Numbered from the stretch's first letter, positions 48,095-61,180 are shown. The stretch: DNA of 64,000 nt from an uncultured delta proteobacterium (GCA_963806225.1 CAWDXG010000001.1:640001-704000), one strand, 5' to 3'. Translations and numbers: made by a program. Notes: generated by a model not told the origin, from the sequence alone.

Positions 48095-48556
48095 ATGACC
48101 CGTAGCGAAACGCGTGACGGTGCGCTCGTCGTGACGCAGGGCACGTGGCTCTATGTGTCGATGGGCTCGTTTTTTGCCGGTCTTGCGCTTGTCACGATGT
48201 CGGTGGTCGTCATCAAGGGCGACATCTCGGTCGTCCCCGCGGCCTTCATCGAGGGCATCGTCGGAGGCTTTCTCATGACACGACCCATCCGGCGGGTCAG
48301 TACGCTACGCCCAGGCGCTCCCGCGATGTTCGAGGTCCGCACGCTGTTCGGGACGCGTCGCCGCGAGGCCGAGGACGTGACCGGCGTATCGCTCGTCATC
48401 GGCACCTACCGCGCGTACGTGTCTCTGAGGTCTCGCGAAAGCCCGCCCGAGACCATCCTGACGAAGTCGAAGACCTGGACATGGGAGCGCGACAACACGC
48501 CGGCACGCCAATACGCCGAGGAGATAGCTCGCTTCCTCGGCCTGCAGCTGGGCTGA
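48095..48556 (+). CDS. Hypothetical membrane protein
   Basis: RBS GGGAG, two TM helices and a soluble tail. Confidence 0.6.
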   Translation: MTRSETRDGALVVTQGTWLYVSMGSFFAGLALVTMSVVVIKGDISVVPAAFIEGIVGGFLMTRPIRRVSTLRPGAPAMFEVRTLFGTRRREAEDVTGVSLVIGTYRAYVSLRSRESPPETILTKSKTWTWERDNTPARQYAEEIARFLGLQLG

Positions 48557-48619
48557 GCCGCGGCGCCGCCCTGGTTGCCGGCGAAGCGCTGGCGACATCT
48601 TCGTGGGTTCGTCGCCAAA

Positions 48620-49537
48620 TCAGGGACGGTTGCCGAGCTCGAATCCGGCCGCTTGCAGGACCTCGCCCAAACGCTGGATATGCGCAGGGCCCACTTCGCA
48701 GCAGCCGCCCACCAGGCGAGCGCCCATGGTGACCCATTGCATGGCGTGCGCTGCATATGCGTCTGGATCTAGATCCGTGCGCACGCTCAGGCCTTCCACC
48801 GTTCCGCCGGCCTGGAGTGCCGCTGCGTTGGTGAAGCCATTGGCATAGGCGCCAAATGGCAGCCCGCTGTCGGCCAGAACAGCCAGGCCCTGTGTGATCG
48901 CTTCTGGCCATGAGCAGTTGAGCAGCAGGGCCGACGCGCCGGCCGCCACGGCGGCTCCGACGCCTAGGCTCAAGGGTTCGCCGGAGCGCAACTGGGTGCC
49001 GTCCGAATCGGATACCGTCATCGACGCCCATACCGGTTTGCCACTTGCAACGCCTGCGGTGGTCGCCGTGCGGACCTCACGCGCCGTCGTCAGGGTTTCG
49101 CACAAGAACAAATCAACGCCATCCGCCTGCGCGGCGACCAACTGGATGTAGTCGTGCAGGCAGCTCGCTTCATCCGGTACGTCTTCGGCGTGGTAGCTGC
49201 TAACGAGCGGCGGCAAGCACCCAGCGACTTGTACAGCGTGGCCCTGGGCGCTTTCGTCACGACTGGCTTGTGCCGCGGCAATAGCGGCGTCGTGCAGAGA
49301 CCGAAACGACGCACCTCGTTGCTGGCTGGCCAGTCGCGCGGGGGTTGCGGTGTAGTTGTTCAGCGTGATCACGCGAGCACCCGACCGGATGTAGTCGCTG
49401 TGAACCGTTTGCACCAGATCAGGCTCGTTCAGCATCACGCTCGCAGACCACAGCGGCGTCGGCGGGTGCTCGGAGCGCTTCAATAGCTCTTGCCCCATAC
49501 CGCCGTCTAGCAGCACCACGCGTGTTGATAGGCTCAT
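48620..49537 (-). CDS. Homocysteine S-methyltransferase family protein
   Basis: LLDGGMGQEL, LWSA, LNC, GGCC zinc ligands. Confidence 0.9.
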   Translation of the reverse strand: MSLSTRVVLLDGGMGQELLKRSEHPPTPLWSASVMLNEPDLVQTVHSDYIRSGARVITLNNYTATPARLASQQRGASFRSLHDAAIAAAQASRDESAQGHAVQVAGCLPPLVSSYHAEDVPDEASCLHDYIQLVAAQADGVDLFLCETLTTAREVRTATTAGVASGKPVWASMTVSDSDGTQLRSGEPLSLGVGAAVAAGASALLLNCSWPEAITQGLAVLADSGLPFGAYANGFTNAAALQAGGTVEGLSVRTDLDPDAYAAHAMQWVTMGARLVGGCCEVGPAHIQRLGEVLQAAGFELGNRP

Positions 49538-49571
49538 TTGTTCCTTCCTCGATTGTTGTTCCTATCCTCGG

Positions 49572-50253
49572 TCATGCGCACGGTGCGGTGACGCGCCAGC
49601 TTCGCACCGCGAGCAGCTGGTAGAGCGGAATGGCAGGCGCAAAGCCCGCCTCGGCGAGCTGCGCGCCCAGCTCGTCCTCGCGCACCTCTTCGACCTGTGA
49701 CGCGGTCGGAGCCTTGCGCCGCGCGAGCGCCTCGGGACTCATGCCGCGGCGCACCGCGTAGTCTTTGCGGAGCGAGGCCCAGTGCGGTGCCACACCGGGC
49801 GCTTCGCTGTCCGTGATTGCGGTGAGCACGAGCGCGCCGCCAGGCCGGATAAGCGCTCGTACCGCACGCAGCCAGTCGACGCGCGCAGCCTTCGGGATGA
49901 AGTGGAGCACGAGCGTCGAGACGACGACGTTCGAAGGGCGGCTCGCTTGCGATGGCGTGGACCGAGCCTTCCACGACGCAGGATTCGATCCCCTCCGCCT
50001 TGCATCGCGTGCGCGTCGCTTCGACCATCGCCGCGCTGGGATCACAGGCGACGATCTCGGCTCCCGGAAGCAGTCGGGCGAGCGGCACGAGCCCGCTGCC
50101 TGTGCCACACCCGATGTCGAGCACGCGCGGCGTGTCGCCGAGCCCGGTGGCGGCTGCGAGCGCAACGAGCTCCTGCAGCGCGTCGTAGCCTGGCACCGTG
50201 GCAGCGGCAATGCGGTCGTAGGCCTCCGGATCGAAGGCAGCTACTGCGCTCAT
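49572..50253 (-). pseudogene. Class I SAM methyltransferase (CmoA-like) with a +1 frameshift at about 49930
   Basis: VPGY, VLDIGCGTG; removing one base of 49930-49931 restores PFDVVVSTLVLHF. May be a sequencing error. Confidence 0.75.
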
Positions 50254-50522
50254 GACGCGCCTGTCATGCGCGCCGCATCCGTCTTCGCCACGGCCGCGCG
50301 CAAGATGGTGAGGAACTCCTCGAGCGGAACGCGATGGACGCGTGCGGCGCGCTCGACGGTGAGCATGCGCCCGAGAACGCGGCGCACCGAGAATCGACCG
50401 ACGCGCTTGACACCGAAGGCTGCCATCACTTCGGCGATGTCGCCGTAGCGGTCGAGGATCTCCGACACGCGAGTCTCGCGGTCGATCGTGAAGGAAATTT
50501 CGTGGGTCGTGTTCTGGCTCAT
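50250..50522 (-). CDS. DUF1858-like small protein
   Basis: I...T.V.EIL..Y...TV..AA..H.V pattern, RBS GAGGA, ATGA overlap with the methyltransferase. Confidence 0.65.
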   Translation of the reverse strand: MSQNTTHEISFTIDRETRVSEILDRYGDIAEVMAAFGVKRVGRFSVRRVLGRMLTVERAARVHRVPLEEFLTILRAAVAKTDAARMTGAS

Positions 50523-50569
50523 GGTCTTGTTCCTCTCTGGACAAGTAACAAGCTAGTGCGCCGCGGGCC

Positions 50570-50722
50570 ATGTCGGAAGTGCGATCACCGGTGGCCACGC
50601 CGCGGGTGCGCGTACCGATGGTGTAGCACGCGCGCGCGCACCGCGATCCGCGCCAGCGCTGGCTGCGCGCGTTGCTCGACGAGATCGCTTCCGGGCTCGA
50701 TCCGGCGACGCTCCGCTGGTGA
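50570..50722 (+). pseudogene. Remnant of a LysR-type regulator C-terminus
   Basis: VPMV*HARAHRDPRQRWLRALL, with TAG at 50624 where the W of WH...DP...WLR is expected; the N-terminus is absent. Confidence 0.5.
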
Positions 50723-50939
50723 CGGCGCTCTCTCGGTGCGGTCGGCAACGGCGCGCGGTCCCGCTTGCGCCGTGTGTCGCTGACGGGCGGGGGGATCCAC
50801 AAACACGCGCGACGGACCGAGCGGTCCGTCTTCCTGGTCGAAGTTCCGACAGCTTGCGAAGTCGGGTGCTTGCGACCACGATGCGTGCGCCCTGTGGCGC
50901 CGTCACAGGATGCACTCCCACCCTTCACTGGAGATCGAG

Positions 50940-51515
50940 ATGTCCTTGTCGCTCGCAGTCATTATCGGAAGCACTCGCCCCGGCCGCATCGGTCCGAAGG
51001 TGGGCGCATGGGTGGAGCGCGCTGCACGTGCCCACGCTCGCTTCAACGTCACGCTCGTCGACCTCGCCGAGCTGTCGCTTCCCTTGCTCGACGAGCCCCG
51101 CCATCCGTCGAAGAAGGAGTACGAGCACGAGCACACGAAGCGTTGGAGCGCCCTCGCCGACGTTGCCGACGCGTTCGTCTTCGTCACGCCCGAATACGAC
51201 TTCTTCCCGCCTGCATCCGTCGTCAACGCAGTGCAGGTGCTCTCGCAGGAGTGGAAGTACAAGCCTGCCGGGGTCGTCTGCTACGGGGGGATCTCGGGAG
51301 GCTTTCGTTCCGCGCAGGAGCTTCGCTTGCTGCTTTCGAACGTGAACGTCATGGCCATTCCGGCCACGGTCGCTCTGCATTCGGTGCATTCGCTCGTCGA
51401 CGAAGCTGGCGTCCTCGCGCCGACCGAGTCCCACGAGCGTGGGTTCGCCCGCATGCTCGACGAGCTCGCCCGCTGGGGCGAAGCGCTGCGCCCGCTTCGC
51501 GCGCAAGCGAAGTAG
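50940..51515 (+). CDS. NADPH-dependent FMN reductase
   Basis: GSTRPGR, FVTPEY, EWxYKP motifs. Confidence 0.88.
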   Translation: MSLSLAVIIGSTRPGRIGPKVGAWVERAARAHARFNVTLVDLAELSLPLLDEPRHPSKKEYEHEHTKRWSALADVADAFVFVTPEYDFFPPASVVNAVQVLSQEWKYKPAGVVCYGGISGGFRSAQELRLLLSNVNVMAIPATVALHSVHSLVDEAGVLAPTESHERGFARMLDELARWGEALRPLRAQAK

Positions 51516-51556
51516 CGCGCTCTGGAAGAACGGAGGGTCGCGGCCAGGCCGCGCGT

Positions 51557-52192
51557 TCACGGGCTGAACGTGAACCCGGCCACCACGGCTTTGCAGGCTG
51601 CAGCGGCGGGGTCGTCTCGCGCGTCGATGTTGCACGTTATGACCCACATGGAGCTCGGCGAGTACGCTATCGTGGCGACCGCGAGGCGGTTGGGGTTCTT
51701 CGCTTCCTGCATCACGTAGCGGCAGGAGCTGCCCCACGGCGTGGGGATGATCTTTGCGCCGCGGTTCACCAGCTTGCCGCCCTGGCCGAGCGCTTCCGCG
51801 GTCTCTGCGCAGAGCTTTGGATCGGTCGGGTCGTAGCTGCCCGGCGACGCCACAGGCGTGACGACCACGCTGCCCAGGAACGAGTCCGGTGAGCTGCGGG
51901 CCTTTTCCGCGATGACCGAGCCGCCCGCCGACCAGACCTGCTGGAATGCCGCGAGGTGGACCTCGGTGAACCCGACCGGGAGCGGGTAGCTGTAGGCGGC
52001 GGTCGTGACGCGCTCGGCGGGCGCGGAGTCCGGTACCGCTGCCGCGGGCTCCGCGGGTGCGCGCGCCGCGGCGGTCTTGCTCCCTGTCGCACGGGGCGAC
52101 GCCGGTGGCGGGTTGCCGTGCCCGCACCCCTGCAGAAGAACCAGTCCCGCGAACGACTTCACCGCGATGCGGCAGAACCTCGAGCTTGTCAC
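51557..52192 (-). CDS. Hypothetical lipoprotein
   Basis: Lipobox LQGC, Pro/Ala linker, compact domain with 4 Cys. Confidence 0.6.
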   Translation of the reverse strand: MTSSRFCRIAVKSFAGLVLLQGCGHGNPPPASPRATGSKTAAARAPAEPAAAVPDSAPAERVTTAAYSYPLPVGFTEVHLAAFQQVWSAGGSVIAEKARSSPDSFLGSVVVTPVASPGSYDPTDPKLCAETAEALGQGGKLVNRGAKIIPTPWGSSCRYVMQEAKNPNRLAVATIAYSPSSMWVITCNIDARDDPAAAACKAVVAGFTFSP

Positions 52193-52232
52193 TTCCGCCC
52201 CGGTAGCCTGGCGGACGCGCGGACGCCAGGGT

Positions 52233-54173
52233 CTAGTTCACCGGTCCGAGCGGCGTGTCGGTCGAGACCTCTTCGGCGATGACCTCGGCCTTCTCGGTGA
52301 TGGCCGTCTGGCCGCCGAACAGGTACTGGCTGGCGGGGTAGGACAGGTCGAGACCCCAGTGGTCGACCTTGGATTCGACCCAGCAGGCCGGGCCGCGGTC
52401 GATGACGGCGACGACGGCGGACTTGCCGGTCTTGGGATTCGTGATGCGGATGCGCGCGCCGCAGCCGAAGCGGTCGGCGTCGGCGGAGTACCAGTTGACG
52501 CTGCGCTCGCAGTCGGGGCCGGACATGCCGCCGCAGAGCGCGTTCCACTCGGTGCTGCGGCCCTGCGACGCGGCGCCGGTCATGCACCACGGCACGCAGT
52601 TGTCGCCGGGATCACCGTGCGCGGTGCCGTTGCTGTCGACGTAGCAACCGAAGGTCGTGGTGTAGTAGGAGCCGCTCTGGCTCGGATGCGTGCCGGCGGT
52701 GCCGCCGCAGGTCCAGCTCGACTCGGCCGTGCTGTAGCTCTGCGGCGCGCCGCCGCTGCCGCTGGCTCCGCCGCTGCCACCGGAACCGGTGTCGGGAAGC
52801 AGGCCGATAGAGCCCCAGGTGTCCTTGCCGGAGGCAACGTCCAACGTCTCGGTCGCGGTGACGTAGCCCGGCGCCGAGGCGGTGACGGTGTAGCTGCCGG
52901 GGGCGAGGCTGAACAGCCAGAGTGCGTCGCCGTTGCGCGCCTTGGTGCTGGGGCCGCCCTCGACCGAAACCGTGGCGCCGGGGATGCGCACGTTGCCGCT
53001 GCTCGAAGGCGAGGAGGTCTGCGACAGATCCCAGACGACGCCGATCGCGCGCCCGGGATCGCCGGCGGGCGAAGGCGTGGGCGAAGGCGTGGGCGAAGGC
53101 TGCGGATCCTGTCCACCAGCCATCGAGCGCAGATCGGGGATGCGAGCTTCGAGCTGGTCGCCCGGGCACTCGGTGGAGGCCCCCGCGTGGTCACGGTGAC
53201 CCTTGATGGTGTCCGTGCTCGGCGTGATGCCGAACTTCTGCGCCAGGGCGTGCATGACGTGCCCGGCGGCCTGGAGGGCGGCGTCGCTGGGCTCGTTGGA
53301 GCTCGAGATCCCCTTGCATGCCTTCTTGTCGAAGCAGCCGACCCAGGACAGTCCGATGTTGCCGGTGTTGTGGTGGGCGACGTGCGCGCCGAGCTTGTCG
53401 ACGGGGCGTCCTTCCCAGACGCGGCCGTCCTCGGTGACGAGGAAGTGGTAGCCGATGTCGCACCAGCCGCGGACATCCATGTGGTACGACTGGATGGACC
53501 GGATGCGCGACGCATAGCCGCCGGACGACGAGGGCGGCGTGAAGGTGTGGTGGATGGCCATGTGCGACTTGTGCGGGTCGCTGCTCGAGCACTTGGCCGG
53601 GCGCGCGCCCCAGGCCGAGCGCGGCTGCACCAGGCCGATCAGCTCGGAGGTGAGGCCCTGCTGCGTCGATCCGATACCCGACGTGGAGCCGTGACTGTCA
53701 CCCGCGTCGTGAACCGCGGGGGTGACGCCCGCGTAGATCACGTTCTCGATCAAGCGGGTCTGCTGGACCGGGATGCGGAACTGCGTCGCGCCCACCGACT
53801 CGCCGAGATCCGCGCGGGAGACGAGATGCGGTGCTTCGTGCCAGGTGATCTTCGCAGGGAACCAGTCGGTGTACGTGCCGTCGGCGCGCACGCCGCGGAC
53901 CTGGGCGCCGACGGGAACGTCGCCCACGTCGCCCCAGAGATCGATCAGGAAGCCGCCGCGCGTCGCCGGGCCGCTCGCCTGGACCACCGGGGACACCGCG
54001 TAGCCGCCCACCTTCTTGAACCCGGCAAGCTCGGAGGCTCCGAACACCGTGTCCGCATCACCGTTCGCGGCCGTGCCCTCCCGCGAAGGGGTGGGAGGGT
54101 CGCCGACCGCGGGCGAGCACGCCGCAGCGAACAGGACCAGAACCAGAAGTGCCCAGAATCGAAAGGACCGCAT
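52233..54173 (-). CDS. Lipoprotein: PGRP-type N-acetylmuramoyl-L-alanine amidase + carboxypeptidase-regulatory-like domain + RlpA-like DPBB domain
   Basis: Lipobox AAAC, IHHT, GWCDIGYHFLV, GAH, GHRD..TECPG (His/His/Cys zinc ligands); C-terminal CG..V.VIDRGP..LDLS. Confidence 0.85.
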   Translation of the reverse strand: MRSFRFWALLVLVLFAAACSPAVGDPPTPSREGTAANGDADTVFGASELAGFKKVGGYAVSPVVQASGPATRGGFLIDLWGDVGDVPVGAQVRGVRADGTYTDWFPAKITWHEAPHLVSRADLGESVGATQFRIPVQQTRLIENVIYAGVTPAVHDAGDSHGSTSGIGSTQQGLTSELIGLVQPRSAWGARPAKCSSSDPHKSHMAIHHTFTPPSSSGGYASRIRSIQSYHMDVRGWCDIGYHFLVTEDGRVWEGRPVDKLGAHVAHHNTGNIGLSWVGCFDKKACKGISSSNEPSDAALQAAGHVMHALAQKFGITPSTDTIKGHRDHAGASTECPGDQLEARIPDLRSMAGGQDPQPSPTPSPTPSPAGDPGRAIGVVWDLSQTSSPSSSGNVRIPGATVSVEGGPSTKARNGDALWLFSLAPGSYTVTASAPGYVTATETLDVASGKDTWGSIGLLPDTGSGGSGGASGSGGAPQSYSTAESSWTCGGTAGTHPSQSGSYYTTTFGCYVDSNGTAHGDPGDNCVPWCMTGAASQGRSTEWNALCGGMSGPDCERSVNWYSADADRFGCGARIRITNPKTGKSAVVAVIDRGPACWVESKVDHWGLDLSYPASQYLFGGQTAITEKAEVIAEEVSTDTPLGPVN

Positions 54174-54186
54174 GCCCGGACGCAGA

Positions 54187-54202
54187 AGCAGGCTCCGTTC
54201 CA
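54187..54202 (-). promoter_or_regulatory. sigma54 -24/-12 promoter of the amidase gene
   Basis: Minus strand TGGAACGGAGCCTGCT, GG 54201-54200 and GC 54189-54188; predicted +1 about 54176, ATG at 54173. Confidence 0.6.
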
Positions 54203-54270
54203 TCCGCGCGGCGTTCAGAAATGCCGGGAAAATCGCAGTCTGGAAGCGTGCAGAGGGGATGCCGATCGTC

Positions 54271-54316
54271 TGGGACTACCGGACACTTCCGGACGGTCCG
54301 GACGGTGCGTCGGGAC
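54271..54316. promoter_or_regulatory. Tandem GGAC/CCGGAC repeats, candidate enhancer (UAS)
   Basis: CCGGAC at 54279, 54289 and 54298, plus TGGGAC 54271 and CGGGAC 54311, about 95-140 bp upstream of the sigma54 TSS. Confidence 0.5.
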
Positions 54317-54348
54317 GCGTAACGCGCTGCGACGCGCACGCCGGGGCG

Positions 54349-55671
54349 TCAGCGGTGTCTGCGCCGCAGCAGCATCCAACCCATCATCGCGAAAGCGAAG
54401 ACCTCGCCGCCTCCGCCGCCGCCAGGCCGGCCGGGCGTGGAGCAGTCGCAGCGCGCGACCTGATCCAGGGGTGCCGGAGCCGCCGCCGAGCTGCCGCCGC
54501 TGCCGCTCGACCCGCACGCCGCGGCGCAGGCGGCCGGATCCTGGGTGACGCAGGTGCAGTGATCGGTGCACGTGGCGCAGTTGCCGCAGTCCGCGCCGGT
54601 GCAGCCCGGCGTCCCGACGGCCGCGCCACCGCCGGTGGAGCCGCCCGCACCCTGGGACGAGTTGCACACGCCGGTGCACACCTTCTGGTCCCCGGACACG
54701 CACATGCAACGCGAGTAGCAGTCCTTGCAGGCATAGCAGGTCGGCACGGCGCACGTCGCTGCGCCTCCGCCTCCGCCCACGCCGTTGCCTCCACTACCGC
54801 CACTCCCGGTGTTGCAGATCCCGGCGCACGCCTTGGCGTCTGCGAGCTGGCACACGCACTTCGACACGCAGCCGACGCAACCGCCGCAGTCCGGTGCAAC
54901 GTTACAGCCGCCGGTCGAGCCGCCGCTGCCGCCCGTACCGCTGCCGCCCGCACCGCTGCCGCCCGTACCGCTGGCGCCGGTTCCGCCGAAGCCGCCGCCT
55001 CCGAAGCCGCCACCGCCGAAGCCGCCGCCTCCAAAGCCGCCGGCTCCGGATCCGCCGCTGCCCGTGCCCCCGCCGGTCCCACCGCCGCCCACCGCCACTC
55101 CCGGGCAGCCGATGGTCGACGTGGAGTCGATGACGTCCGCCGTCACGGCCTTGTGCTCGCTCCAGCCTACCGCCGAGGTGCCGAGCAGGTACTGGGTGAC
55201 GAACGGACTCACGTCGAGCACAGGGTGGTGGCCGCCGCACGAGCAGCTGCATGCGGCTTGTTCCACGCAGCGGTTCGGCCCGCAGTCGGCCACCTGCACG
55301 ACGCACTGCTTGCCGCCAGCCTGGACGAGCAGCTTGGTCCCGCAACCAAACCGCGAGCGATCCGCCGCGTACGCCCAGGTGGCGTCGGCCGTGCCCCCGC
55401 ACGACATGGTCTGGGTGTCGGCGCCGCCCCCGAACGTGGTGACGTAGTAGACGCTGTCGGCAGGAATATCGGAATAGGTGAGCTGGGCGCAGGTGCCGCT
55501 GCCGACGCAGGTGCAGCCGCCGACGGTCGGGGAGCTGACCTGCGCCACGGACTCCGTTTCGGGCTGCGACGACGAGCACGATACGGCGAGCGCGGCCACC
55601 AGGACCGGGATGACGGCCTGCAACACGCGTCTCAGTCGCGTTCGCCCGGATGCGCCGCGGGGCCGGTACAC
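54349..55671 (-). CDS. Surface protein: RlpA-like DPBB domain, Gly/Cys-rich stalk, MYXO-CTERM-like tail
   Basis: LAVSC signal, RFGCG..VADCGP..LDVS, CxxCxxxCxC units, C-terminal CDC..G-rich..hydrophobic..RRRHR. Confidence 0.75.
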   Translation of the reverse strand: MYRPRGASGRTRLRRVLQAVIPVLVAALAVSCSSSQPETESVAQVSSPTVGGCTCVGSGTCAQLTYSDIPADSVYYVTTFGGGADTQTMSCGGTADATWAYAADRSRFGCGTKLLVQAGGKQCVVQVADCGPNRCVEQAACSCSCGGHHPVLDVSPFVTQYLLGTSAVGWSEHKAVTADVIDSTSTIGCPGVAVGGGGTGGGTGSGGSGAGGFGGGGFGGGGFGGGGFGGTGASGTGGSGAGGSGTGGSGGSTGGCNVAPDCGGCVGCVSKCVCQLADAKACAGICNTGSGGSGGNGVGGGGGAATCAVPTCYACKDCYSRCMCVSGDQKVCTGVCNSSQGAGGSTGGGAAVGTPGCTGADCGNCATCTDHCTCVTQDPAACAAACGSSGSGGSSAAAPAPLDQVARCDCSTPGRPGGGGGGEVFAFAMMGWMLLRRRHR

Positions 55672-55795
55672 AAGCGCAGGATATCACGAGGCCGTCGTGC
55701 CCCGGGCGTCTCCAGGGCAAACCGCGGGAAAATGGCCTATGGGAGTGGTAGGCTCCCGGGTGTCGGCGCAGCTGGGTGAGCGGCGCCGTCGCACG

Positions 55796-58700
<2,905 letters not shown>

Positions 58701-58704
<4 letters not shown>

Positions 58705-59555
58705 CGCGGACGGCTCCGTTCTTTGCAGCGCTGGCAGCGATCGCGATCGTGACAGCCGCCGCACCTGCGCGTGCCGATCGCGAAGACAAGGCACAGAAGC
58801 TCTTCGAATCGGCAACGAGCCTGTTCCAGAAGGGGGACTACGACAGCGCGGCACAGCGCTTCATGCGCGCATTCAAGCTCGTGCCGCACGCCAACACCGC
58901 GTTCAATGCGGCGCTCTCGTGGGACGCCGCCAGCGACAACGCGCGCGCCGCCAATGCCTTCAAGCTGGCGCTCGATCGCGGCCTGGCGCGGCTGGCGCGC
59001 GAACGGGCGGAAGGCCGGCTCGATGAGCTCAAGGAGAAGCTCGGTCGCGTGCGCGTCCATGCCCCCGCCGGGTCCAGGGTCCTGGTCAGCGACGAGACGC
59101 GCGAAGCGCCCGCGGAGATCTACGTGGAACCGGGCATCCACGACGTGGTCGTGGTGCTTCCGGACGGAAAACGCCGTGTCCACCGCATCCACGTCCACGC
59201 CGGCGACACAAGCCATGTGTCCGTGGCGGGCGGCACAGCCGCAGACGAGTCGTCGTCGAACACGCTTCGCACCGTCGGCTGGGGGTCCATCGTGACTGCA
59301 GCGGTGCTCGGCGCCGTGTCGATCGGGCTGGAGGCGCGAGCCGCCAAGCTGCGCTCGGATTTCAACATCTCGAACCGCACGGACGCCTCCCAGCGCACCG
59401 CCGTCCTGCACGCCCAGACGTGGGCGACCGTCGGATGGGTCGCCACCGGCGTGGCCGGCGTCACCGGTATCGCGCTGGTGGTCGGATCGCCGAGCGGGCC
59501 GGAGACGCGCGTGTCGATCGTGCCAGGCGGCGTGAGCTTGTCGCGGACGTTCTAG
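58701..59555 (+). CDS. Secreted TPR + PEGA-like domain protein with a hydrophobic C-terminal region
   Basis: Signal peptide (ARA), TPR helices, V.PG.H.V PEGA-like segment, C-terminal ..GGVSLSRTF; GTGA overlap with the kinase. Confidence 0.75.
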
Positions 59556-59578
59556 GCGTGTGACGGCGGGCCGGGGGC

Positions 59579-61180
59579 TCAAGGAGGCGGGGCCACGCAC
59601 GTGCCCGCTGGCGGCGTAGGTGCCGGCTCTTTCGCGCACTGCGAGCTCGCGCTGTCGCAGTAGCCCGATGCGCAGTTGTCATCGTCCTTGCAGGCTTGTC
59701 CGTTGGCGAGCACCGCCGCGCACGTGCCGGGCGCGTAGGGGTCGAACTTGCAGTACAGGCCGTCCTGGCAGTCGCTCGACCCGAAGCAGCTCTTGCCGGC
59801 CGAAAGCCTCGGCAGGCACGTGCGCGTGTTGTTGATGTCGCAGTAGAGTCCCGACTGGCATGGGCCGTTGCAGTAGTCTCCCTGGGCGCCGGGTGGCTCG
59901 CACTGGAAGCCCGTAGCCACCCCATTCGAATCCAGGCCGGTCGGCACGCAGCTCAGACCGCTCTGGCAGCGCATGCCTGAAGCGCTGGGGTCCGTGTCGC
60001 TGCAGTCGTCACCCGTCGCGCCCGGGGCACGGCAGATCTTCTGGGTGCCGGTGTCGGCGCACCAGCCGACCGCGCAGAAGTCGAGCGCACCGCACAGATC
60101 GCCGGGCTGGGGGGCCGCCGCGCACTTCTGCGTGGGATCGCAGTACAGCGGTTTCGCTGCGTTCGGGTCGCACGGAATCGTGGTGCAGTCGTCGTGGAGC
60201 TGGGAGTAGTTGGCGCAGGTCGGAGTGGGCGAGCCGCCACAATAGGTGCCGTTCGGGCAATTGTAGGTGCCGACGCAGGCATCGCCCGCGCCGACCACGC
60301 TCTTGCACTTGCCGCCGTTGCACACGTCGCCGTATCGACACTGCTCGGTCGCCTGGCAAGCGCCGTCGAGCGGCACATTGGCCACGAGGCACTGCTGGGA
60401 AGTGCAGACGTAGCCCGGTGCGCAACCGCCAGGCTCGCAACTGCCATTGGCGGGCGCCAAGGCGTGGCACTTGTCGTCGCTGCCGCAGTAGGCTGAAGTC
60501 GGATCGCACGGGACCTTGCTGCAGTCCTGGGTCAGGCTCGCGTAGGCCGCGCACGTGCACGTGTTGTCCGAGCAATAGCCGTGCGCGCACTCGTTCACGT
60601 CGAACGCGAGCTTGCCGAAGCCGGCCTTGTAGTTTGCGTAGTCGTAACAGTTTCCGGAGATGGCTTGCTTTCCGGGGAACGCAGCGGCGCAGGTGGGTCG
60701 GTCGTAGAAGAACCCGCACACGTTGGGGTCGAAGGAGTCGAGGCACTTCTGCGCCTGGGCTGGCAGGTAGCCCAGCCGTCCAGCTGTAACCTCGCTCAAC
60801 AGGTCAGCGCAGCGCAGTTGTTGATATTGCCGATCGTCGGTGGTGCAGGTCCCGCCGCGGCACGCGGCGAACCAGGTGCACCAGTGATCGACGAATGCGC
60901 TGCAGAAATCGCCCAGCGCCGGACCGCTGCCTGCGTCGGTTCCGGCTTCGGTGGCGGCGTCCGTTCCCGCGTCGGCGCCCGCACTGCCCGCCTGGCCGCC
61001 GTCCATGCCCGCGGTCCCGCCCTGGGCGCTGTCAGTGCCCGCGTCGCCGGGAGCGCCCGCTGCGCCGCCGCTGGCGTGGCTGCCGCTGCTGCCGCTGCTG
61101 CCGCAGCCGATGGAGGCCAACACCACGGTCGCTGTTGCCGCGACAATCGAAGCACACTTCCCTGCCAAGCCAATGCGCAC
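59579..61180 (-). CDS. Cys-rich lipoprotein (Dickkopf/EB-like modules)
   Basis: Lipobox SIGC, Gly linker, about 10 GxxC...C..G.YC modules. Confidence 0.75.
   Translation of the reverse strand: MRIGLAGKCASIVAATATVVLASIGCGSSGSSGSHASGGAAGAPGDAGTDSAQGGTAGMDGGQAGSAGADAGTDAATEAGTDAGSGPALGDFCSAFVDHWCTWFAACRGGTCTTDDRQYQQLRCADLLSEVTAGRLGYLPAQAQKCLDSFDPNVCGFFYDRPTCAAAFPGKQAISGNCYDYANYKAGFGKLAFDVNECAHGYCSDNTCTCAAYASLTQDCSKVPCDPTSAYCGSDDKCHALAPANGSCEPGGCAPGYVCTSQQCLVANVPLDGACQATEQCRYGDVCNGGKCKSVVGAGDACVGTYNCPNGTYCGGSPTPTCANYSQLHDDCTTIPCDPNAAKPLYCDPTQKCAAAPQPGDLCGALDFCAVGWCADTGTQKICRAPGATGDDCSDTDPSASGMRCQSGLSCVPTGLDSNGVATGFQCEPPGAQGDYCNGPCQSGLYCDINNTRTCLPRLSAGKSCFGSSDCQDGLYCKFDPYAPGTCAAVLANGQACKDDDNCASGYCDSASSQCAKEPAPTPPAGTCVAPPP

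Noticed and set aside
50523..50930. Possible SAM or cobalamin riboswitch upstream of the methyltransferase genes
   Set aside because: No riboswitch consensus recognised; part of the gap is a LysR remnant.
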